Of a stretch of 32,000 nucleotides of DNA, positions 9,462 through 16,866 are shown piece by piece; the first letter of the stretch is position 1; each line of letters opens with the position of its first letter. The stretch is from Dickeya solani IPO 2222. GTDB lineage: Bacteria > Pseudomonadota > Gammaproteobacteria > Enterobacterales > Enterobacteriaceae. A program made the translations under genes and the position numbers. Location: contig NZ_CP015137.1 in NCBI RefSeq assembly GCF_001644705.1, forward strand, positions 2,010,001 through 2,042,000, given 5' to 3'. The notes beneath the pieces were generated by a model. The model was not told the origin of the DNA, searched no databases, and worked only from the letters and a program-made list of their open reading frames with translations.

Positions 9462-10568
9462 TTAACCTGCCGTCCGGCAGGCGGAAACGGCATCGACGGG
9501 CAGTGCCACGTCGACATCGGGCAGACGATTGCCATCGGCGTCAAACAGCAGCAGGGCATCAACCGACAGCGATACCCCAACGAGCATCCCCGCGTCATAC
9601 TGCGCCGTAGAACCGGCCGCCAGCGCCTGCAACGGGCCGAGCGGTGTGTGCAGTCGGTACAGTATCTCCCGCCCCATCGGCTCAATGTGTTCGATGCGCC
9701 CGGACAGCGGGCCGGCGCCCAGCCGCATCAGAGTGACGTCTTCCGGCCGGATGCCGAGCGTCAGCGCACCGTGATACGTCGATGACAACCCCCAGCTCGT
9801 CTCGCCCACCGTCAACTGATGGCCGCTGGCCTGCCCCGGCAGCAGGCAGATCGGCGGCGAGCCGATAAAGCTGGCGACAAAGGTATTGGCGGGCTGGCGA
9901 TAGAGCTGTTGCGGGGTACCGATCTGCTCCACTCGCCCCTGATTCATACAGATAATGCGGCCGGCGAGCGTCATGGCTTCCAGCTGATCGTGCGTCACCA
10001 TTAGCGTGGTGGCGCGCGAACGGGCGTGAATCGCTTTCAGTTCGGTGCGCATCGTCATACGCAAGGTGGCGTCGAGATTGGATAACGGCTCGTCCAGCAA
10101 CAACAGCGACGGCCGCTTCACCAACGCCCGCGCCAGGGCCACCCGTTGCTGCTGGCCGCCGGACAGCGCCGACGGCTTGCGATCCAGCAGTTCCGTCACC
10201 TGTACCAGCGCCGCCGCTTCCCGCACCCGCTGGTCGCGTTCGGCACGTTCCGCGGGTTTGAAACGCAGCGGAAACGCAATGTTGTCGTACACGCTCAAAT
10301 GCGGGTACAGCGCGTAAGACTGGAACACCACGCCAACGTTGCGGTCGCGGGCATCCACACCATTCACCCGCTGACCGTCGAACAGAATATGCCCTTGCGT
10401 CGGCGCATACAGCCCGGCCAGCAGAAACAGCGTGGTGGATTTTCCGCAGCCGGACGGCCCGAGGATCGCCACAAATTCGCCGTCAGCCAGCGTCAGATTA
10501 ACCGGGTGTAGCACCGGCGTATCGCCCCAGGCTTTGGTTACTCCGTCAAGTACAATCTCCGCCATCAT
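9462..10568 (-). CDS. ABC transporter ATP-binding protein (MalK/UgpC-type, CUT1)
   Basis: Walker A is GPSGCGKST, the signature is [15 protein letters not shown], and Walker B is [12 protein letters not shown]. There is a MalK-like C-terminal regulatory domain. I take the ATG at 10568, 1 nt after the upstream permease stop. The track start at 10586 is a GTG. Confidence 0.92.
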   Translation of the reverse strand: MMAEIVLDGVTKAWGDTPVLHPVNLTLADGEFVAILGPSGCGKSTTLFLLAGLYAPTQGHILFDGQRVNGVDARDRNVGVVFQSYALYPHLSVYDNIAFPLRFKPAERAERDQRVREAAALVQVTELLDRKPSALSGGQQQRVALARALVKRPSLLLLDEPLSNLDATLRMTMRTELKAIHARSRATTLMVTHDQLEAMTLAGRIICMNQGRVEQIGTPQQLYRQPANTFVASFIGSPPICLLPGQASGHQLTVGETSWGLSSTYHGALTLGIRPEDVTLMRLGAGPLSGRIEHIEPMGREILYRLHTPLGPLQALAAGSTAQYDAGMLVGVSLSVDALLLFDADGNRLPDVDVALPVDAVSACRTAG

Positions 10569-10569
10569 T

Positions 10570-11616
10570 TCAGCCTTTAATTCCACCGACGCTCATTTGC
10601 GTCAGGTATTTTTGAGTTAACAGGTACAGCGCCAGCACCGGAAGGATGTAGATGACGCCCACGGCGGCAATCAGCCCGGAATCCGCGCCCATGCTGTCCT
10701 GCGATGCCCAGAACAGGTACAGACTCATGGTCATCCTGCCGCTGTCGATCAGCAGGGTGCGCACAAAAATGTACTCCTCCCAGCCGCGCAGAAAGGCAAA
10801 GGTGGCGATGGCGATAATGCCGCCGGTCACCTGCGGCAACACCACCAGCCGGAATGCCTGAAAGCGGCTGGCGCCGTCGGTAATGGCGCTCATTTCGATA
10901 TCCCACGACACGCCGTCAAAAAAACTCTTCATCACGAAGATGGCGAACGGCAGCTCAAGCGCGCACATCACCAGCATTACGCCCCACAGGCTGTTGAGCA
11001 GCCCCATCCAGTAGATCTGAATAAAGATCGCCACCGTCAGCGCCATCACCGGAAAGGCGTGCAACAACAGCAGAGTTTTCAGCACCCCTTCGCGCCGTCG
11101 GAAGCCGAGCCGGGACAAGGCGTAGGCGGCGGGCACCGCCAGCAGCGTCACCAGCAGCGTGTGGCCGCTAGCAAACAGCAGCGAGTTGCCAAGCGCGGTC
11201 CAGACAGACGGCAGCGTACCGCTCTGCATACCGGTAGCCTGCACATCCGGGTTCCACAGAAAACGGTAGTTGTGCAACGTGAGTTGCGGAGCAACCCACA
11301 GGCCGAAGACCAGCAGCGCCGCCAGCCCAACCAGCCACCGCAAGCGGCGGGCTCGTTGTTCGGTACGCGCCCGCCAGGCAACGGCAAGCAGCACGCCATA
11401 CGCCAGCGCGGCGATCGTCAGCAACCGCCACAGTACCTGATACTCGCTGTCGCCATCCCGATGGGTAAACGAGATAGCCAGCAGCCACAGATAAGGCGTC
11501 ACAATCGGTATTGATACCAACGTCAGAAACAGCACCACGCTCGCCAGAAAACCCACCCGATTCCAGCGCGAGCGCGCCGCCTGACGCGCCCAGTCGACAG
11601 CGGTCATCGTCGTCAT
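10570..11616 (-). CDS. ABC transporter permease (MalG/UgpE-type) with extended N-terminus
   Basis: EAA loop SAITDGASRFQAFRLVVLPQ with multiple TM helices. The ATG at 11616 overlaps the upstream permease stop as ATGA. The remaining 114 codons of the 462-aa track ORF run inside the upstream gene and are rejected. Confidence 0.88.
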   Translation of the reverse strand: MTTMTAVDWARQAARSRWNRVGFLASVVLFLTLVSIPIVTPYLWLLAISFTHRDGDSEYQVLWRLLTIAALAYGVLLAVAWRARTEQRARRLRWLVGLAALLVFGLWVAPQLTLHNYRFLWNPDVQATGMQSGTLPSVWTALGNSLLFASGHTLLVTLLAVPAAYALSRLGFRRREGVLKTLLLLHAFPVMALTVAIFIQIYWMGLLNSLWGVMLVMCALELPFAIFVMKSFFDGVSWDIEMSAITDGASRFQAFRLVVLPQVTGGIIAIATFAFLRGWEEYIFVRTLLIDSGRMTMSLYLFWASQDSMGADSGLIAAVGVIYILPVLALYLLTQKYLTQMSVGGIKG

Positions 11617-12530
11617 CGCATCACCTCGATACGCGGCGGAGTAAACTGCGCGCGCATGTTCATCATCCGCCACTGCAACAGCGTCAGCAGCACCCCGAAC
11701 ACCATCAGCCCCAGCGCCAACATGGCGCCGTAGCCATAAGCGCCGGATTCGAAAGCGCGCCGGTAAATATAGAGCGCATAGGTGGTGGTGTCGTACACCG
11801 GGCCGCCGCCGGTAATCAGCAGGATGTACTCGTAAGTCACCATCAGCGACAGCGCCTGATACAAGGCGATAAAGCACACCGGGCTTTTCAGCGCCGGCAG
11901 CACCACATGGCGAATCACCGACCACTCCCCGGCGCCGTCTACCCGTGCGGCATGCCACAGGTGGGCCGGAATGGCGCGAATGGTCGAAGCGAGAATCACC
12001 ATCGCAAAAGAGGCACCGACCAGGCCGTTAGCCACCACAATCAGTATCATCGGATGGTCGTTGCGCAGATTAAGCGGCGGCAGCCCGAACACACCGACCA
12101 CCACCTGATTGATCAGGCTGTGGGGCGATGGGTCCGCCGCCCAGATCCACAACAGCGCATATAGCACCGACGGCGAAATGCGCGGCAGAAACCAGATGCC
12201 GCGAAACAGCGCCCCCAGCGCCGGCGGCACCGCGGTGGTGGCGATCGCCAGCACGATGCCCAGCCCCAGATTGAACAACAGCAGCGTACTGACCACGTAC
12301 ACCAGTGTGGTCAGCAGGATCGCCGGCAGGCGTTTGTCCGCCACCAGCAACCGCATCAGGTTGTCGGCGCCAAAGGCGCTTATCTGCAAATTGCTGCCCA
12401 TGTCGCTGAAGGCAATCACCAGATTGAGCAGCATCGGCGCGACAAAAAACACCGCCAGCACCGAGATTGCGGGGGCCAGCCAGCGCGCGGGATGCACACC
12501 GGCCGGGCGATTCGGGAACGTCACAGGCAT
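11613..12530 (-). CDS. ABC transporter permease (MalF/UgpA-type)
   Basis: EAA loop WHAARVDGAGEWSVIRHVVLPALK. I take the ATG at 12530, preceded by GAGGTGG with a 2-nt spacer. The track start at 12587 is a TTG with no RBS. Confidence 0.88.
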   Translation of the reverse strand: MPVTFPNRPAGVHPARWLAPAISVLAVFFVAPMLLNLVIAFSDMGSNLQISAFGADNLMRLLVADKRLPAILLTTLVYVVSTLLLFNLGLGIVLAIATTAVPPALGALFRGIWFLPRISPSVLYALLWIWAADPSPHSLINQVVVGVFGLPPLNLRNDHPMILIVVANGLVGASFAMVILASTIRAIPAHLWHAARVDGAGEWSVIRHVVLPALKSPVCFIALYQALSLMVTYEYILLITGGGPVYDTTTYALYIYRRAFESGAYGYGAMLALGLMVFGVLLTLLQWRMMNMRAQFTPPRIEVMR

Positions 12531-12583
12531 AGCCACCTCGCTCGTCAGGGCCGGAGAAACGCGCTCTCCGGCCGCGTTCTTAA

Positions 12584-13963
12584 TCAATGCAGGCTATCCA
12601 CGATTTCCACGTCCTTGCCCAGTTGGGTTTCCAGCTCGTCGGCGATAAAGTCCACCGCCTGCGCCGGGGTCATGCGTTTGGTTTCCACCGCCTGCAAGCC
12701 TTTGAACAGCACCCGGTTATAGTCGCCAAAGCGGGCGTGATTCGGCACAAACGTGATGTTTTTCATCATTTTGCCGGCTTCACTCAACGCCCAGTTGTCG
12801 GTGTACTGCGGCATCGCGGTCTGGGCATAGCTGATGGCGGTGTGATAGGAACTAACGGCGTGGCGATTGTTGTAGTACGGCAGGCTGGCGATAGCCACCA
12901 GTTGCGCCGCCAGATCTTTGTACTGACTCTTGTTGCTGACCACGTAGGCGATGGGGTGCGACAGGTTGGCGGGTTTGCCGCCCTTCACCGCCGCCGGTGC
13001 CGGTATCCAGCCAATCTTGTGGGTGTAACCCGCTTTATCGGCGGGCCACGCCGGGCCAAAGTTATCGCCCACCTGCCAGGCCATCGCCCAGATGCCCTGA
13101 TGGAACAGGAAGGCTTTTTCCTGCTTGAACGCGGTCTGGATGGTGTCCCAGCTCATGGCGGTGTTATCGGTCGGCGTCACGCCGGCCGCCACATTACGGG
13201 CGTACCAGCTCAGCGCCGTTTCAACCTCTTTCTTCGCAAATAGCAGTTTGCCGGTTTTCTCATCCATGAATTTCGCGCCGCAGGCGGCAAACACCATCAG
13301 GTAATCGATGCCGACATTCGGGCGATGCAACATGCCGATCGGCGCGGCGCCGCGGTCTACCACCTCTTTCGCCAGCGCCGTCAGGTCATCCATAGTAAAT
13401 TCGCCGCTGTCCACGCGGGCGGGCAGGCTATCGATAAAAGCCTCGTCCTTGCCGATCTTACGCAGCATGTCCTTGTTATAGAAAAACATGCGGATCTCGG
13501 CATCCTGCGGGACGCCGTACACCTTGCCCTGGTATTTCATCGCTTCCCACAGCACCGGCAGAATATCGGCGTACACCCACGGATTCGCCTTGATTTGTCC
13601 GTCCATCGGCATGGCGTAACCGTTGCGGGCAAACTCGCCGATCCACTCGTGCGGCAGCAACACGATGTCCGGCCCCTGATTGACGCCGAAGGCTTTCAGC
13701 GTATCCAGCGCCAGATCGTCCCAGCCCTGCACCGCGCTGGCATGGGTATCGATAACGATTTTGCGATCCACCCCCGCCGCGGCGAATTGCTGATTGAGCA
13801 CCGCGGCCGCCGCCTCGATGTTGACGGTGCGCATCGGCGCATTTCTGTCATTCAAGGTCCAGAGCTTGAGTTTGATGACATCCGCCACCGCACTGTGGGC
13901 TATCAGCCCGCTCGCCAGCAACGCCGACAGGGATAACGAAATAAGTTTACGCACGAGTACCAT
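12584..13963 (-). CDS. ABC transporter periplasmic substrate-binding protein (family 1 SBP)
   Basis: Signal peptide MVLVRKLISLSLSALLASGLIAHSAVA. The size (459 aa) and its position as first gene of the SBP-permease-permease-ATPase operon fit. The substrate cannot be told from sequence. Confidence 0.85.
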   Translation of the reverse strand: MVLVRKLISLSLSALLASGLIAHSAVADVIKLKLWTLNDRNAPMRTVNIEAAAAVLNQQFAAAGVDRKIVIDTHASAVQGWDDLALDTLKAFGVNQGPDIVLLPHEWIGEFARNGYAMPMDGQIKANPWVYADILPVLWEAMKYQGKVYGVPQDAEIRMFFYNKDMLRKIGKDEAFIDSLPARVDSGEFTMDDLTALAKEVVDRGAAPIGMLHRPNVGIDYLMVFAACGAKFMDEKTGKLLFAKKEVETALSWYARNVAAGVTPTDNTAMSWDTIQTAFKQEKAFLFHQGIWAMAWQVGDNFGPAWPADKAGYTHKIGWIPAPAAVKGGKPANLSHPIAYVVSNKSQYKDLAAQLVAIASLPYYNNRHAVSSYHTAISYAQTAMPQYTDNWALSEAGKMMKNITFVPNHARFGDYNRVLFKGLQAVETKRMTPAQAVDFIADELETQLGKDVEIVDSLH

Positions 13964-13985
13964 CCTGTTATTGAGGTTGACGAAT

Positions 13986-14004
13986 TAATTAAGTAACTTA
14001 ATTA
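13986..14004. promoter_or_regulatory. Perfect 19-bp palindrome, candidate operator in the divergent SBP/ROK promoter region
   Basis: TAATTAAGT-A-ACTTAATTA has 9-bp arms with no mismatches, within the 91-bp intergenic region. It overlaps a possible sigma70 promoter for the ROK gene (TTGACG 13977-13982, 16-nt spacer, TAATTA 13999-14004). Confidence 0.45.
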
Positions 14005-14054
14005 TATTGCAGACGTATGAAGGAAACCGGACAGAACCGGGACAAGGGATATCC

Positions 14055-15158
14055 ATGGAAAAGCGAGAACTCACCGCCACCCACCGCAAACTGCTGGGGT
14101 TGCTGCGCCGTTCGGGCAGCCTGTCGCGCAGCGCGCTGGCCGCCGCCAGCGGCCTGACCACCGCCGCCGTCAGCATGATGACGCGGGACATGCTCAATCT
14201 CGGTCTGCTGGAAGAGAGCGACCGGGCGCAGGGGCGACGCGGCCCGCCGCAAATCAACCTGCGACCGGCGGCGCACGCGGGCTATGTGCTGGGGGTGTAC
14301 GCGGAATACGACCTGATTTGCCTGGTCCTGATGGACTACGCCGGGCAGTGCGTGGCGGAAACCACCCTGCGCGGTGATTTCCGGATCGTGAGCTCAGTGG
14401 CGGATACGCTGGCCGATGCTATCCGTACCCTGCTCGACACTCAGCCGCAGGCCCGCGGCCGGCTGCTGGCCGTCAGCCTGGCGCTGCCCGCCCGGTTTGA
14501 CGGCGGCGCCATGCCGGTGTGGATCGCCCCCGGTCTGGCGGCCTGGCGCGGGGTTGATATCGCCCGGCAGTTGAGCGACCGGCTGGGCTGCCCGGTGCTG
14601 GTGGAAAACGACGCCAACTGCGCCGCCATCGGCGAGCTGCATTTTGGTTCCGCCGCCCCGGACGACAGTTTTTTCTACCTGTACATCGGCAAGGGCATTG
14701 GCGGCGCGTTGATCCTGAATGGCGAACTCCATCGGGGGAAACAAGGCAACGCGGGGGAGATTGGCGCGCTGCGCACCCGCGCGCAGTCACGCCCGTCGTT
14801 TGACGACTTGCATAACTGCCTGCTGGCGGCGGGCGAGCCGTTGCCCTCCACGGCCGCCGACGCGGACTGGCAGGCGCTGGCGGCCTCGCCTGCCGGAGAA
14901 GGCTGGGTCCAACGCGCGGCGGGCGAACTGTATGGGCTGCTCTATACCGTCACCGCACTGCTCGACCCGCCCTGTCTCTACCTCGGCGGCACGCTGCCTG
15001 CCCCCTTCATGGCCGGGTTGCAGGCCGTCGTTATGGCTCAAACGCCCGCGCCGGACGACGACGCGCCGCTGACGCTACCGCCGGTGCGCCTCTCAACGCT
15101 ACCGACACAAAACAGCGCCGCTTTCGGCGCCGCCGCGCTGGCGCTTAATCAGTACTGA
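14055..15158 (+). CDS. ROK-family transcriptional regulator (NagC/Mlc-like)
   Basis: N-terminal winged-helix region HRKLLGLLRRSGSLSRSALAAASGLTTAAVSMMTRDM. Sugar-kinase-like body with VENDANCAAIGE and GNAGEIG. The ATG at 14055 is preceded by AAGGGA. The gene is divergent from the ABC operon. Confidence 0.88.
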   Translation: MEKRELTATHRKLLGLLRRSGSLSRSALAAASGLTTAAVSMMTRDMLNLGLLEESDRAQGRRGPPQINLRPAAHAGYVLGVYAEYDLICLVLMDYAGQCVAETTLRGDFRIVSSVADTLADAIRTLLDTQPQARGRLLAVSLALPARFDGGAMPVWIAPGLAAWRGVDIARQLSDRLGCPVLVENDANCAAIGELHFGSAAPDDSFFYLYIGKGIGGALILNGELHRGKQGNAGEIGALRTRAQSRPSFDDLHNCLLAAGEPLPSTAADADWQALAASPAGEGWVQRAAGELYGLLYTVTALLDPPCLYLGGTLPAPFMAGLQAVVMAQTPAPDDDAPLTLPPVRLSTLPTQNSAAFGAAALALNQY

Positions 15159-15184
15159 AAACAACAAAGCCGCCCGAAGGCGGC
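15158..15184 (-). terminator. Rho-independent terminator of bhsA-like gene 2 (also follows the ROK gene)
   Basis: Sequence identical to the hairpin and T-tract at 8035-8061. Confidence 0.8.
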
Positions 15185-15225
15185 CATTGTTCACATGGAT
15201 AATTTTTGCGCAAATAAAGGTTTTA

Positions 15226-15498
15226 TCAGTTGTACAGTTCAGCTACGCCGCGCATCTGGTTTTCGCTGCCGGTGGCGGAGATGATGCGGAACGACTTGGC
15301 GCCGGCCGCGTTCGCTTTTTCATACAGGCTGACCTGCAGACCATCCAGCGTATTGGCAGTTGCGCTGACGGTGCCGGCGGACAGGCTGGCGGATTGCTGT
15401 ACTTCAGTCGCAGTGGACGTGGACGTGGTAGCGGCGAAGGTGCCGAAAGAAACGGTAGCCAGGGCGATAACTGCAACAATATTTTTGATAGCTTTCAT
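15226..15498 (-). CDS. YdgH/BhsA/McbA-family (DUF1471) small secreted stress protein, paralogue 2
   Basis: MKAIKNIVAVIALATVSFGTFAA signal peptide and GAKSFRIISATGSENQMRGVAELYN C-terminus. It carries 7 extra residues (TTSTSTA) relative to paralogue 1. The ATG at 15498 has AAGGA upstream. Confidence 0.85.
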   Translation of the reverse strand: MKAIKNIVAVIALATVSFGTFAATTSTSTATEVQQSASLSAGTVSATANTLDGLQVSLYEKANAAGAKSFRIISATGSENQMRGVAELYN

Positions 15499-15675
15499 GG
15501 TCAATATCCTTCACGTTGAATTCGGTTGGTTTTCTTTTTTGAAAGCGTCTTCGCTTTCGATGGAAGTGATAATAGACCTGTTGCCACGACGTTAAAATCG
15601 GGTTTATTTGCAGATATTTTTCAAAAAATATGAATGATATTTATCCATTTCTCTTTGCCTTTTCCCCCGCCGAAT

Positions 15676-15957
15676 TTACTGCGGCGGGCACACCCACAGC
15701 GTGTTGGCGCACGAACTGGGCTTGCCGTTGCCGCCCGCCGGATGCACCGGCATACATCCGTCGATCGCCGGCGTCTGCCCTATCGCCTGAATCCTGTCCG
15801 GGTGCGCCAGCAAATATTCCGTCACAATCCGGCGGATCTCCGCCCGCTGCGCCTCAGTAAATTCACGATTGCCATCCGCCGGATAAGGCGCAATGGCCAA
15901 CCCACATAACGGCAGCATCAGCAACACCCCGCCTACCGCCAGCTCGCTTACCTTCAT
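15676..15957 (-). CDS. Hypothetical small exported protein (93 aa), Cys-containing
   Basis: Strong SD (GGAGG, 5 nt before the ATG at 15957). Hydrophobic N-terminus VGGVLLMLPLCGLAI. The segment FTEAQRAEIRRIVTEYLLAHPD resembles the N-terminal helix of COG1651 DsbA/DsbG-like proteins, but no thioredoxin domain follows. The C-terminus has three Cys. Confidence 0.5.
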   Translation of the reverse strand: MKVSELAVGGVLLMLPLCGLAIAPYPADGNREFTEAQRAEIRRIVTEYLLAHPDRIQAIGQTPAIDGCMPVHPAGGNGKPSSCANTLWVCPPQ

Positions 15958-16045
15958 GATTGCCTCCTCCCCTCGGGAGACCCGCTATGGCAGGCTCACT
16001 CCCCCATGAAATGGGCCTGCTGCACAGCGTATCTGAGCCGTGCCA

Positions 16046-16090
16046 CGATCGATTGCCCGACGATCGATTGCCCGACGATCGATTGTCCGA
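16046..16090. repeat. Intergenic 15-bp tandem repeat x3, each unit containing CGATCG (a GATC Dam site)
   Basis: cgatcgattgcccga at 16046-16060 and 16061-16075, and cgatcgattgtccga at 16076-16090. Confidence 0.95.
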
Positions 16091-16377
16091 AGCCCTCAAC
16101 GATGCGCTACCCGCATTCAGTTAGCACCACCATCCGGGGACACGCAGTCAGGTTATCGGTCAGGCGGTAAATTTGTCGTAAAAGCCTTTTATGCGGGTAT
16201 AAAAATTCTGTATAGGGAAGAAAAACAAATATCTATATGATTATAAAAATAAAATCTTCATCATCCGTTATCAGAGCAGCCATGACGGTAGGCAAGTTCC
16301 CGCCAATGCGAGCATGATGAACAGCGGTGACTGACAACGGGCGACCACGCCCGCGGTTTATGTTTACGGAGACGAGG

Positions 16378-16845
16378 ATGATGTCCCTTATCGATTTTAC
16401 GCCGGCGGATTACCCGCGCCTGATTCGCTGGATAGACAGCGCCGAACTGAATCTGCTGTGGGGCGGCCCCACCTACTCGTTCCCGCTCACTACCCCCCAG
16501 ATTACCCAGCATCTGGCTAACCCGCAGTTTGTGCCTTATCTGTTTGAGCATCAGGGCGACATCGTGGGGTTTGTCGAGTTGTCTCAGGTGGAACCACGCC
16601 ACAGTCGGCTGTGCCGGGTGTTTATCGACCCGACGTACCGCGGGCGCGGGCTGGCGCGCGCGATGTTGCAGGCTGCTATCCGACAGGCGGTGGAGCGATT
16701 TGAGGCGCACACCGTATCGCTGTCGGTGTTTAGCCATAACCGCAGCGCGCTACGCTGTTACCAGTCGCTCGGCTTTCATATCACCGCCGCCGCCCCTTTT
16801 GGCGATCAGGGGCTGGAACTGACGACGATGCGCCTGATACTGTAA
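16378..16845 (+). CDS. GNAT-family N-acetyltransferase
   Basis: Acetyl-CoA binding motif A is IDPTYRGRGLARAMLQAAI, followed by NRSALRCYQSLGF. I take ATG 16378/16381 after GGAG/GAGG. The track start at 16327 is a GTG. Confidence 0.85.
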   Translation: MMSLIDFTPADYPRLIRWIDSAELNLLWGGPTYSFPLTTPQITQHLANPQFVPYLFEHQGDIVGFVELSQVEPRHSRLCRVFIDPTYRGRGLARAMLQAAIRQAVERFEAHTVSLSVFSHNRSALRCYQSLGFHITAAAPFGDQGLELTTMRLIL

Positions 16846-16866
16846 TTTGCCTGACGCGGTAATGCC

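Larger units (their letters stand above)
15158..15635. repeat. Direct repeat copy B (~478 bp: terminator + bhsA-like gene + leader/promoter)
   Basis: Same orientation and content as 8035-8510. It begins at the last base of the ROK stop codon. Confidence 0.9.

Noticed and set aside
11617-11958. N-terminal 114 codons of the 462-aa track ORF 10570-11958
   Set aside because: This part lies inside the upstream permease gene in another frame. An ATGA stop/start overlap at 11613-11616 gives a normal permease start (MTTMTAVDW...).
15863-16099. 78-aa ORF containing SGNRSSGNRSSGNRS
   Set aside because: The peptide repeat is just the translation of the 15-bp tandem DNA repeat. The ORF overlaps the start of the better-supported 15676-15957 gene and has no RBS.
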